A stretch of 60,206 nt of DNA, taken from sequence record SRR20825010_118. The stretch is one strand, 5' to 3'. The notes under the pieces are model-generated. The model had not been told where the DNA came from. It was given only the letters and a program-made list of their open reading frames with translations, and searched no databases. A program made the position numbers and the translations under genes. How positions within the stretch are numbered: the stretch's first letter is position 1; each line of letters opens with the position of its first letter. This document shows, piece by piece, positions 50,709 through 60,178 of the stretch.

Positions 50709-52148
50709 CTACTTTTTGTTTATCCTTCCCAAGGTCCAATCCAACACCTCATCACCGGGCGTCAACACTTCCTTAATGGTACTCCTAATAGGATGATCGG
50801 GCATAATACCTCTATCTGTAAATTCATAATCTTTAACCGCGGTATAATAGGCCATCAACGGAATCCCCAGTTTCATTTTGGAGTTTGGAAGTGTAACTAT
50901 GGCAAAGGCACCACTATTATTCCCGTAATATCCGCCACCTGTTTCCTCCCCTATAAAGCTAACCCTATCCAGATGGTTTGCCACTGCACAGAACTCGGAA
51001 GTAACAGAGAAACAAGCTCCGTCTATCAATACATATATTTGCCCCTTAAATGGATGTTCCTGCGGTGTTTGTACTCTTAGGTTTCCGTTGTGCTCCCAAC
51101 GAAACTCCCCATCCTCGGTTTGGGTGATTAAAGCCCTTAACTCATCATAACCTTCCGGTAATTGGGCATGGTCTACAAATGAAAATTTTTCATTGGTAGC
51201 TACTACCAATTTGTCATAATACCTAAAATCGGCATTTACCAAATAGGACAACAGCAGTGACCCAAAGGCATCTTTTCCCCCTTCGTTTCCCCTCAGATCC
51301 AAAATCAAATTTTCAATATTTTTATCGTTGATCTCCGCAAAGGATTCTTTTAAAAAAGCCTCAATATTATATTTCTCCCCGTCCGGCCAGAAGGTACGTA
51401 TGGTCATTAGGGCCGTCTTCGCGTTCTTGAACTCCAATTGATAAGGTGTGCTGTTTTGCTCTGCGGCATCATGCTCCAATACTTTTTGATAGGAAACCGA
51501 AGGTAACGCCATACTGCCCGTCCTCCCGTGATGCTTATACGTGATGTTAAATTCGTTGTGGGACTTGCCCTCTTCCAAATAGAAATTGGAGAACAGGGCA
51601 TTAAAATACCTGTTAAGCTCGTAGTACTTGAAGGTTTGATTATGTCCATCAGAAAACAGATTGTTCAACAAGCCTTGAATAATCTCCTCCATATCCATGC
51701 CATTGATAGAAGTTATTTCGGTACCAGGTTCCAATTTATTATCAGTATCATAACTATAACGTACATAGGCCTTGTTCTTGTCCAGAAAAAGTTTCAATGG
51801 AAATAGAGTTTCCGTATTGTAATAATACATAAAACCATTATCCTCCGAAGGTATTAATTTGGTATGCCCACATCCAATTTTAGCCAATACCGGGTTCAGT
51901 ATTTTATAAAACTCCTGTTGATTAAGTGGCTGATGAAGCTGCTTTTCAATTGCCTCAAAACTTCCATCCATTGATGATTTGGTTTCATAGCGGTAAATTC
52001 CAGGATGTGCCTCCTCCAATGCCGTCCTGAAAAGTTGAAAATCTTCCTTTAATTCCATAGGGTTATAGGCATTTTGGGCTCCGACAATCGCGGTACTTAT
52101 AAATAGTGCCATATTAAACACTAACTGTAACAACGTTTTTGATTTCAT
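50709..52148 (-). CDS. S41 family peptidase
   Basis: Signal peptide, HPGIYRY, CGHT, PDZ-like EITSING, LILDLRGNEGG, CFSVTS, GEETGG and GIMPD. Confidence 0.88.
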   Translation of the reverse strand: MKSKTLLQLVFNMALFISTAIVGAQNAYNPMELKEDFQLFRTALEEAHPGIYRYETKSSMDGSFEAIEKQLHQPLNQQEFYKILNPVLAKIGCGHTKLIPSEDNGFMYYYNTETLFPLKLFLDKNKAYVRYSYDTDNKLEPGTEITSINGMDMEEIIQGLLNNLFSDGHNQTFKYYELNRYFNALFSNFYLEEGKSHNEFNITYKHHGRTGSMALPSVSYQKVLEHDAAEQNSTPYQLEFKNAKTALMTIRTFWPDGEKYNIEAFLKESFAEINDKNIENLILDLRGNEGGKDAFGSLLLSYLVNADFRYYDKLVVATNEKFSFVDHAQLPEGYDELRALITQTEDGEFRWEHNGNLRVQTPQEHPFKGQIYVLIDGACFSVTSEFCAVANHLDRVSFIGEETGGGYYGNNSGAFAIVTLPNSKMKLGIPLMAYYTAVKDYEFTDRGIMPDHPIRSTIKEVLTPGDEVLDWTLGRINKK

Positions 52149-52246
52149 AGTTTTAAAATTTTAATGGCCTTTCCTATACTTAGGGCTTATGGGCGACTTT
52201 ACTTCCAAGTTTAGCTTTGGTATTTATTAGAATTATTAGCTGTCTA

Positions 52247-52295
52247 CAAAGATCTAACGATCTGGATTACCCAACAATCACACAAGAATGTGATT
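52247..52295 (-). promoter_or_regulatory. Response-regulator box 1 and -7 element (S41 peptidase 1 promoter)
   Basis: AATCACA-caagaa-TGTGATT palindrome (52276-52295). GATCTTTG lies on the minus strand (52254-52247), 22 nt from the 18-bp core. Confidence 0.7.
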
Positions 52296-52381
52296 TTTAA
52301 TACAACTCCTGGATTACGACCTCCAACTTCTCTAGCCCACTCAGTATGTATAATTTCCTTTCTGCCCTAAAGGTGGATTTT

Positions 52382-52429
52382 TTCACATATTTATGCTATT
52401 TCCAAGATGACCGACCAGAATTATATTTG
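52382..52429 (+). promoter_or_regulatory. Response-regulator box 2 and -7 element (small peptide promoter)
   Basis: TTCACA-tattta-TGCTAT (52382-52399), then TATATTTG (52422-52429) after 22 nt. Confidence 0.65.
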
Positions 52430-52557
52430 TACTGTTATTCACCTTTGGAATTTTAGCAAAAGGAACTAAACGAAATTCTCATTGTAAATGGCACCCGAAT
52501 CAAATGCAAAAGGGGTTTATTCATCAATCAATAAAAATCAATTAAACAAAAACAATC

Positions 52558-52623
52558 ATGATAACATTATTTCAAATTCTGATAGACCTGTTAATAGAGC
52601 TTTGGATTACAATTATACTTTAA
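52558..52623 (+). CDS. Putative 21-aa hydrophobic small protein MITLFQILIDLLIELWITIIL
   Basis: ATG preceded by an A-rich Bacteroidota-type initiation region (AATTAAACAAAAACAATC), downstream of the boxed promoter, ending TAA TAG. Too short for the supplied ORF track. Confidence 0.55.
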   Translation: MITLFQILIDLLIELWITIIL

Positions 52624-52740
52624 TAGGTACTTGGATTCACCGGCACAGGAACTGGACTTCCGCGGTAACATAAAATTTCGGATTTTTAATATTTTGGATG
52701 TCCAATCTTTGCGTAATTTTATTATAAACCACCTGGCTGC

Positions 52741-55700
52741 ATGAGCATAAGAATTCTTTGTTGTTTGCTATGTTTCCAAGCCTATTTATTTGGACAGAAT
52801 TCCTACGTCTTTAACAGATTTTCAACCGCGGATGGTTTGAATACCAATAAAGTAAAATGTGTCTGGCAAGACTCCACTGGTTTTCTTTGGGTAGGCACCG
52901 AGGTAGGTATACAACGCTTTGATGGGAGAAAATTCATTTCCTTTGTAGGTCCCGAAAATTACCAGCTGCCACCTAGCATGGGGGTGGACCAAATTTTGGA
53001 TGCCGGTAATGGCAATCTTTGGTTATTGCAAGGAGGCCAGGTGGGGAAATTCAACACAGTAGATTTTCATTATACCCCAGTACCTATAAGAAGTTACGGC
53101 AGCATTCCTCCAAGGTCGGAATTCAAGCTGTTTATAGATAGTAAAAAGCAGGTATTTCTCTGCGCCTCCCAATATGGTCTTTTATGGTACGATGCCAAAA
53201 CCAATGCTTTTGTAGAGTCCAATTTACCTATAAAAATCCCTAGAGGTTGGGGCGTTGGTTCCCTATATGAAGATAAGCAGAACGGAGAATATTGGATCTG
53301 CAGTGAACAGGGACTGGCGGTATACCGAAGTTCTAGTGACGAGGTCTTTCACCGGCTCAACAATCCTGAGAATATACCTTTACTGAACAACATAGCCATT
53401 ACCAATTCGGGAGATTTTATTAAGGACAAAAACGGTACTTGGTGGCTAACCTATTGGGATTACAATCCACATCGGGAACACCCAGTTCTCCTCCATTTCG
53501 ACCCGAAAAAAAATCAGTATCTGACCGATACCATAATAAGCCAAAAGGGGACAAAAAAATATACCGTTCTAAGGCAAATTTTGGAAACCAGTAGCGGACA
53601 GATATGGATAGGGGGAGAAAATTCCCTGTTGAGCTATGATAAGGACCTGCAAGGTTTTTATCAACATTTTAAAGGCAACCCTTTGGAGTTCGATATAAAA
53701 TGCAATCAGGCAAGACATCTCTTTGAAGACAGGGAAGGCAATATTTGGTTGAGTACGGAAAATGGACTTTTTGTTATGAATCCCGATCAAAAGGACATAT
53801 ATAGCCTTGTAGTTATAGATGGTCTTGGCTTGGACTCCCCTGTAAATGCCATACTGGAAACCAAGGCCAAGGAAAATTGGATTGGAACATGGGGCAAGGG
53901 CATCCTATTTTATGATCAGCAATTCAACAAAATGGAAGGTAACCCCTATACTGGTCTGGGAACCGAATCCTTCAAATTATATTCATCCATTTGGGACCTT
54001 CAACAACACAGTGAATCGGGACATATTTGGTCTGCCTGTCAGGGGGGCAGACTGGCTGTTTTTGATGCCAATACGAAAAAGGCATTACATTGGCTAAACC
54101 CTCCAATATTTAAAAAATCTACGGTACGGCAGGTAGAGGAGGATCACAACGGAAATCTTTGGTTTGGCACACAGGGCGGGCGTTTGGTTAAATGGAAAAA
54201 GAACGATCCCATTGCCGATAACTATTTTGAAGAACTACACAATTTCAACACTATCATTTACAGGCTCTATTTAGATCTACAGGGCCGATTATGGGTAGGA
54301 ACCCACAAGCAAGGAGTATACGTACTTGATGTGGACACCAACGAAATCCTTTTTCATTTTAACACAGAGTTCAATGATAGTTATGGGATAACGGACAATA
54401 CCATTTCTGATATCCAGCAATATAACGACAGTATTTTTTTTGTGGGTGCCGAGGCCTTGAACATTCTAAACATCAAAACGGCCGAAGTAAAAAAAATTAC
54501 TTCTTACGAAGGGCTCTATGGTTCAAGGGTTTTGCAATTAATGATGGATAGGGAAGGAATAGCATGGATGATAACCAGCAATGGCCTTAGCAGTTATAAT
54601 TATGAAAAGAATATAATAAGTTCCTATAGCAACCTTCATGGCGTAATCTATGCGGAAAAGACATATAGTGCAAAATGGATGATGCAAAACGGGGAGATAT
54701 GGTTTGGCGGCGAGGATGTGGTTTTTGGCTTTTCGCCCGAAAAACTAAATTATAAGCAAAAACCTCCCAAGGTAAATATTACGGATTTTAAGCTCTTCAA
54801 TACCTATATGCCACTGGATTCGATCATGGCCCAAAAAGAAATTGTATTCAATCATTATCAAAACTCGTTTACTTTTTATTTTTCCGCCCTGAGCTTTTCA
54901 CAACAAAGAAAATTACAGTATTACTATCGCATTCCCGGAGTGAACAAAGACTGGGTCAAAGCCGAAAGGGATATGGCCGCCACCTACACCACTATGCCTT
55001 CCGGAAAGTATACTTTTGAAGTAAAATGCATGAACCTCCAGGGATTGGAACCGGACGAAATTACCAGTATCGATTTTAGGATACGCCCTCCCTTCTATCG
55101 TAGCTGGTGGTTTATTGCCTTGGTCCTCATTACTGGAACAGGCATAGCTTATTTAATCTACAGACTTAAGGTAAACCGCATCTTGGCCGTTGAAAACTTG
55201 AGGAACAAAGTGGCCAGGGACCTGCATGATGATATGGGCTCTACCTTGAGCACTATCAACATTCTGAGTTCCATGGCCAAAAGCAAAATGAACAGTGATA
55301 CCGTAACCAGTAGCAACTACCTTTCCAAGATTACGGACAACAGCCAAAGAATGATGGAGGCCATGGATGATATTGTTTGGAGCATTAAACCTGACAACGA
55401 TAACATGCACAGGGTTATTGCCAGAATGAGGGAATATGCTACCGGTATCCTGGAAGCCAAGAACATAGAGTTCGAATTTCAGGTAGAGGATAAAATAAAC
55501 GATTTAAAACCGGATATGGAAGCCCGGCGCGATCTCTTTCTTATTTTCAAGGAGGCTATCAATAACATTGCCAAGTACTCCCTTGCCAAGCGGGCAGAAG
55601 TGCAAATAACCTATAGGGACAAATGGCTCCAAATGCAGATCATGGATAACGGAATAGGGTTTGAACTTGAAAAGGTCGACAACGGGAATGGTCTGGACAA

Positions 55701-55797
55701 TATGGTTAAAAGGGCTTCCAAAATGGGAGGAAAACTAAAAATTGACAGTAAACCAGATCTTGGCACCGAAATTTGTTTGACGGTTCCTATGCGTTAG
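52741..55797 (+). CDS. Sensor histidine kinase with periplasmic beta-propellers and Y_Y_Y domain (HisKA_3/HATPase)
   Basis: Repeated D..G.LWxGT propeller motifs, Y_Y_Y segment, TM after PPFYRSWW, ARDLHDDMGSTLS, KEAINN, DNGIGF and GNGL. Confidence 0.92.
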   Translation: MSIRILCCLLCFQAYLFGQNSYVFNRFSTADGLNTNKVKCVWQDSTGFLWVGTEVGIQRFDGRKFISFVGPENYQLPPSMGVDQILDAGNGNLWLLQGGQVGKFNTVDFHYTPVPIRSYGSIPPRSEFKLFIDSKKQVFLCASQYGLLWYDAKTNAFVESNLPIKIPRGWGVGSLYEDKQNGEYWICSEQGLAVYRSSSDEVFHRLNNPENIPLLNNIAITNSGDFIKDKNGTWWLTYWDYNPHREHPVLLHFDPKKNQYLTDTIISQKGTKKYTVLRQILETSSGQIWIGGENSLLSYDKDLQGFYQHFKGNPLEFDIKCNQARHLFEDREGNIWLSTENGLFVMNPDQKDIYSLVVIDGLGLDSPVNAILETKAKENWIGTWGKGILFYDQQFNKMEGNPYTGLGTESFKLYSSIWDLQQHSESGHIWSACQGGRLAVFDANTKKALHWLNPPIFKKSTVRQVEEDHNGNLWFGTQGGRLVKWKKNDPIADNYFEELHNFNTIIYRLYLDLQGRLWVGTHKQGVYVLDVDTNEILFHFNTEFNDSYGITDNTISDIQQYNDSIFFVGAEALNILNIKTAEVKKITSYEGLYGSRVLQLMMDREGIAWMITSNGLSSYNYEKNIISSYSNLHGVIYAEKTYSAKWMMQNGEIWFGGEDVVFGFSPEKLNYKQKPPKVNITDFKLFNTYMPLDSIMAQKEIVFNHYQNSFTFYFSALSFSQQRKLQYYYRIPGVNKDWVKAERDMAATYTTMPSGKYTFEVKCMNLQGLEPDEITSIDFRIRPPFYRSWWFIALVLITGTGIAYLIYRLKVNRILAVENLRNKVARDLHDDMGSTLSTINILSSMAKSKMNSDTVTSSNYLSKITDNSQRMMEAMDDIVWSIKPDNDNMHRVIARMREYATGILEAKNIEFEFQVEDKINDLKPDMEARRDLFLIFKEAINNIAKYSLAKRAEVQITYRDKWLQMQIMDNGIGFELEKVDNGNGLDNMVKRASKMGGKLKIDSKPDLGTEICLTVPMR

Positions 55798-55806
55798 AGG
55801 ACATTT

Positions 55807-55854
55807 TTAACATATTTATGTGATTTTGTCCTATGGATTTCCTGTCTAACTTTA
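55807..55854 (+). promoter_or_regulatory. Response-regulator box 3 and -7 element (regulator autoregulation)
   Basis: TTAACA-tattta-TGTGAT (55807-55824), then TAACTTTA (55847-55854) after 22 nt. Confidence 0.65.
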
Positions 55855-55869
55855 CAAAAAGCAACAATT

Positions 55870-56502
55870 ATGATAAGGGTAGTAATATATGAGGATAATC
55901 CCCAATTTCGCGAAGGGCTTACCATGTTGATCAATGGTAGTGATGGGTTTTCCGTTTTGGCGTCTTACAAGAATTGCAACAATGTTGCCGAAGAGGTAAA
56001 AAAATGGTCGCCAGACGTCATTTTGATGGATATCAATATGCCCGGAACCGACGGCCTGGAAGGATTAAAAAAAATTAGGGAAGTGAACGCCGAGGTCAAG
56101 GTATTGATGCTTACCGTCTTTGACGACAACAAAAATGTTTTCGAGGCGCTAAGGAACGGGGCCAATGGTTATTTGCTAAAAAAGACCCCTCCTGCCAAAT
56201 TATTGGAATATATTCAGGATGCCACCTTGGGCGGAGCTCCCATGACTTCCTCCATCGCCACCCAAGTGCTAAAAATGTTCCAGGTTATACCGCAGACCAA
56301 GAACCAGGACTATTGCTTAAGTGAAAGGGAAACAGAGGTACTACAACTTCTAGTAGATGGCTATAGCTATAAAATGATTGCTTCGGAACTTTTTATAGCT
56401 ATTGATACAGTCCGATCACACATCAAAAAAATTTACGAAAAACTGCATGTAAATAGTAAGAGCGAAGCCGTTGCCAAGGCATTTAAGGATAAATTGCTAT
56501 AA
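55870..56502 (+). CDS. NarL/LuxR family response regulator
   Basis: REC domain (YED, MDINMPG, GYLLK) and LuxR HTH (LSERETEVL...SYKMIA...TVRSHIKKIYEKLHV). Confidence 0.94.
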   Translation: MIRVVIYEDNPQFREGLTMLINGSDGFSVLASYKNCNNVAEEVKKWSPDVILMDINMPGTDGLEGLKKIREVNAEVKVLMLTVFDDNKNVFEALRNGANGYLLKKTPPAKLLEYIQDATLGGAPMTSSIATQVLKMFQVIPQTKNQDYCLSERETEVLQLLVDGYSYKMIASELFIAIDTVRSHIKKIYEKLHVNSKSEAVAKAFKDKLL

Positions 56503-56538
56503 CATATCCCGTTAAAAACCGTAAAAAAATCCTCGAAT

Positions 56539-56586
56539 TTCACATACATATGCGATTGTATAAACTGCGGTAGCACACTTCCTTTG
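56539..56586 (+). promoter_or_regulatory. Response-regulator box 4 and -7 element (S41 peptidase 2 promoter)
   Basis: TTCACA-tacata-TGCGAT (56539-56556), then TTCCTTTG (56579-56586) after 22 nt. Confidence 0.65.
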
Positions 56587-56625
56587 TCCTGAAAAAAATT
56601 GAATATATAACTCAATTTCAGGACT

Positions 56626-57930
56626 ATGAAATCAAAGGTTTGGATTTTCATTTTTGCCCTACTGCTATGTAATTTCCGTAGTCGGGCACAAATGTCCCAA
56701 GAACAAAAACACCAGGTAATAGATAGCCTATGCATTCAACTGGAAAAATGTTATGTTTTTCCTGAAGTAGCCTCCAATATAGCTTTGTATTTAAAAACTC
56801 AATTGACCGCTAATGCCTACAAGGCGTTTAGCAAGGAAACTACTTTTGCAAACAAACTTTCCCTAGATCTTTTTGAGATAAGCGGTGACCGACATTTAAA
56901 AGTTAGTTACTCCGATCAAATACTTCCAAAGGATTCCCTAAATCCCTTTGAACTGTCCCCAGAACATTATCTGGAACAGGGGAATTTTGCGTTAAGGGAA
57001 AATTATGGCATTGATAAGCTAGAAGTGCTCAATGGCAACATAGGCCTCATCGCGTTCAGCATGCTTTGTGGTCCTGAACATGCAGGGGATACCTATTCTG
57101 CAATGATGAACTATATAGGCCATACCGATGCCCTTATTATAGATCTTAGAAACTGTCGTGGGGCCATGGGAAAGGATGCCATTCCTTTTTTAAGCAGTTA
57201 TTTCTTTAATGAACCGGTACACCTGAACGATTTCAAGTGGAGGTGGAACAACTCCCTGGAACAAAAATGGACCTATGCCCACGTGCCGGGGAAAAGATAT
57301 TTAGACAAACCTATTTACATAATTAACAGTGCAAGAACCTTTTCCGGAGCCGAGGAGCTGGCCTATGACCTACAAGTCTTAAACAAAGCTACTATTATTG
57401 GCGAAAAAACTGCCGGCGGGGCCAATCCAGGAGGGAGTATAAGGATTACGGACCACTTTGAATGTTTCATTCCTTTTGGACAGGCAATCAATCCCATAAC
57501 CAAAACCAATTGGGAGGGTGTGGGTGTCCTGCCAGACACCCCCGTAAAGGCAAACCTTGCCCTTTACGAAGCCCATAAAATGGCAATACGCCAGCTGATA
57601 CCCACAACCGAAGACGAAGAATGGAAATTTAGGATGGAGGATTTTCTTAGTGATTTGGAAACCCATCCTCCCGTATTTCAACGATTGAAATTTGAGTTGA
57701 AAGGATTTGAAAATGCCAAAACGGTCTTCCTTACAGGGAGCTTCAATTATTGGGCGAGCCAGAATACCCCAATGATTAAAAAAGGAAATATTTGGCAAGT
57801 AGAAGTGGAATGCTTACCCGGTACTGTGCAGTACCAATTTATAGTAGATGGCATACGCATACTTGATCCCAACAATAAGGAGACAATTAAAGCAGGGCCC
57901 TATGTCAATTCCATCAAAGCCGTAAACTAA
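56626..57930 (+). CDS. S41 (IRBP-like) peptidase with C-terminal CBM48/AMPK-type glycogen-binding domain
   Basis: YVFPE, DRHL, LIIDLR, TFSGAEE, IGEKTAGGANP and WEGVGVLPD. C-terminal VFLTGSFNYW...YQFIVDG...DPNN. Confidence 0.87.
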   Translation: MKSKVWIFIFALLLCNFRSRAQMSQEQKHQVIDSLCIQLEKCYVFPEVASNIALYLKTQLTANAYKAFSKETTFANKLSLDLFEISGDRHLKVSYSDQILPKDSLNPFELSPEHYLEQGNFALRENYGIDKLEVLNGNIGLIAFSMLCGPEHAGDTYSAMMNYIGHTDALIIDLRNCRGAMGKDAIPFLSSYFFNEPVHLNDFKWRWNNSLEQKWTYAHVPGKRYLDKPIYIINSARTFSGAEELAYDLQVLNKATIIGEKTAGGANPGGSIRITDHFECFIPFGQAINPITKTNWEGVGVLPDTPVKANLALYEAHKMAIRQLIPTTEDEEWKFRMEDFLSDLETHPPVFQRLKFELKGFENAKTVFLTGSFNYWASQNTPMIKKGNIWQVEVECLPGTVQYQFIVDGIRILDPNNKETIKAGPYVNSIKAVN

Positions 57931-58019
57931 CCCGTGAGTAATAAAATAGAATGGGTAGTTGAAACCTCAATAGTACGCTTACTTTTTTATAAAATTTTAA
58001 ACAAAAAAAAACAATCTCA

Positions 58020-60104
58020 ATGAAAACAAAATTTATCACTCTTTCAATTATTTTCTTAATGCTCCTTGGATGTTCCGATGATGACTACTCAGAAATTCCT
58101 TCCAACACCTTGGAGGCGGACGCATATACCGAGAATCAAGGAGATATTTATACCGGTCAAGCTGTTGTCCTGAACGGTTCCAAGTCTTTGGACAAGGCCG
58201 GAAAACCCTTTCAATACCTATGGAGATTCAAGGCTAAACCAGATGGCAGTTTATCCGAGTTGACGGAAGAAACCACCGCCAAACCAAAATTTACTCCGGA
58301 TAAGGCCGGGAACTATTCTGTGGAACTAAAGATTTTCAATACCGAATTTTATGATACGGATGAATTGGCAATCGAGGTAAAGGATGTAGAAACCCCACCT
58401 GTACAGGAAACCATAATTATCTCGGAGAATATTACGGCGCGTCGCCACTTGGCCAATGTCTTTGATGATCCCAACAAAATAGATTATTTGGTAACCGGCG
58501 ATATTCATGTTACGGACCTACTAACCATGGATCCGAACGTAGTCATAGCCTTTGAGGAAAATACGGCCATGTATATAGACAACCCCGGCGCCATTATTAC
58601 CACAGCCGCTGCAAGTTCCTTTACCACCTTCACCGGAAAGAATAAGGTTCCTGGTTATTGGAAGGGTTTGATCATAAACTCCAATAGTCCTTTAAACAAA
58701 TTAGACCGGGTAACCATTGAATATGCGGGTGGGGCAATTGCCCAAGGAATGGAAGTCGCCACTAGCTTGGGCCTAGACAATGAAGGACGAGGACATCTAA
58801 CCCTGGTCTCCTCCATTATCCAGTATAGCGCTGCATATTCAGTAGCAATTGAAGTAGGGGCTACATGGAATACGGAATCCTATAATGTCTATAGGAACAA
58901 TAACAAGACCCTCCGGTTACCGGCATCCCAATTGGGGAGTTTATCCAGTTTATCGGAATTCCAAAATAATGCAGAGAACATTATAGATGTTATAGGTGAC
59001 CGAATCTCTACCACCAGAGAAACCGTTTGGAGCGATCTATACAATAGCTCAGAAAACATGCAATACGTGGTAAAAGGGACTATAGAGGTGGTTTCTGGGC
59101 TAAGGATTTTGGAAGGCCTTGAATTATACATGGACAGGGATTCAGAAATAAATGTTACACAAAATGGTTATATAATTGCTCTTGGAAGCACTCAATACCC
59201 CATAAAGTTCCTTGGAAGGGAATCCGTTGACGGAGGGTATTGGAAAGGTATTTCCATAATGTCCGCCGACATGAAAAACGAATTGGACAATGTAGAAATA
59301 CATAATGCCGGAAGTGAAATCATGGACGGCTTACAGTTCAAGACTGCCATTGGATTGGCAGGGGCCCATGGGGCAAAATTAAAGCTATTTAGCTCCAAAA
59401 TTGTGGCCAGTGGCGGCAACGGAATATACGTTGAAAATGGGGCGGAACTAGTACGTATAGACCAAATTAGGTTCCACGAAAACCAAGGTCCGGCCATTTC
59501 CATGGCTGCCAATCAGGTAAAAACTCTTAATAATGCCACAGCAATGGAATTTATTGGCAACGGACACGATGGGGTAGAAATTTTTGGGTCTCAATTGTTA
59601 AATCCGGATAGGAGTGAAACTATTTGGCCGGCCCTACACTTTGGAGCAAGCTATTTGGTAAGTGGTAATTTGAGCATTCAATCGGGATTAAAAATTCTTC
59701 CAGGAGCGATTTTCAAATTTGCCGAAGATAAGATGTTCGGGGTATTTCCCAATGGATATTTAATTGCCCAAGGCACAGCTAATAATAAGATTGTGTTTAC
59801 TGGGGCCAGTACTACCAAAGGATTTTGGAACGGGATCCGAATTCAATCGACCAGCGCATTAAACCTAATGGACCATACGGAAGTACTCTATGCGGGTAAA
59901 ACCGAAATGCCCGGAGTCTCTAAAATAGCAAGTATTGGCTTGGATGGGGACTACTGGGCCAATCTAACCATAAAAAATTCGAAAATTGCTCATGGTCATG
60001 GCTACGGAATTGCCTTTGAAAACCGTAACACCTCCATGAACTCGGATTATAATATGGTAAATGTTTTTGAAGATCTAACCCTTGGGAACGTTTCCCTACC
60101 CTAG
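58020..60104 (+). CDS. Surface lipoprotein with PKD/Ig-like domain and three beta-helix-like repeat units
   Basis: Lipobox LLGC and PKD-like LNGSKSLD...YLW...FTPDKAGNY. Three repeats of F.G....G(Y/F)W.G...S...N.(L/M)D...(Y/N)AG. Confidence 0.75.
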   Translation: MKTKFITLSIIFLMLLGCSDDDYSEIPSNTLEADAYTENQGDIYTGQAVVLNGSKSLDKAGKPFQYLWRFKAKPDGSLSELTEETTAKPKFTPDKAGNYSVELKIFNTEFYDTDELAIEVKDVETPPVQETIIISENITARRHLANVFDDPNKIDYLVTGDIHVTDLLTMDPNVVIAFEENTAMYIDNPGAIITTAAASSFTTFTGKNKVPGYWKGLIINSNSPLNKLDRVTIEYAGGAIAQGMEVATSLGLDNEGRGHLTLVSSIIQYSAAYSVAIEVGATWNTESYNVYRNNNKTLRLPASQLGSLSSLSEFQNNAENIIDVIGDRISTTRETVWSDLYNSSENMQYVVKGTIEVVSGLRILEGLELYMDRDSEINVTQNGYIIALGSTQYPIKFLGRESVDGGYWKGISIMSADMKNELDNVEIHNAGSEIMDGLQFKTAIGLAGAHGAKLKLFSSKIVASGGNGIYVENGAELVRIDQIRFHENQGPAISMAANQVKTLNNATAMEFIGNGHDGVEIFGSQLLNPDRSETIWPALHFGASYLVSGNLSIQSGLKILPGAIFKFAEDKMFGVFPNGYLIAQGTANNKIVFTGASTTKGFWNGIRIQSTSALNLMDHTEVLYAGKTEMPGVSKIASIGLDGDYWANLTIKNSKIAHGHGYGIAFENRNTSMNSDYNMVNVFEDLTLGNVSLP

Positions 60105-60154
60105 AAGATTGGATAGGACATATCATAAATAAAAGGTATTAAACCTCAAAGCAA

Positions 60155-60178
60155 GCCTGTCTGCCCACAAAGGCAGGC
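60155..60178. repeat. Short GC-rich inverted repeat (REP-like or terminator hairpin)
   Basis: GCCTGTCT-N8-AGGCAGGC after the last gene. No clear U-tract. Confidence 0.4.

Noticed and set aside
52488-52673. 61-aa ORF MAPESNAKG... from the ORF track
   Set aside because: The Asn-rich sequence simply reflects an A-rich leader. The overlapping 21-aa ORF in another frame has a much better initiation context and coherent composition.
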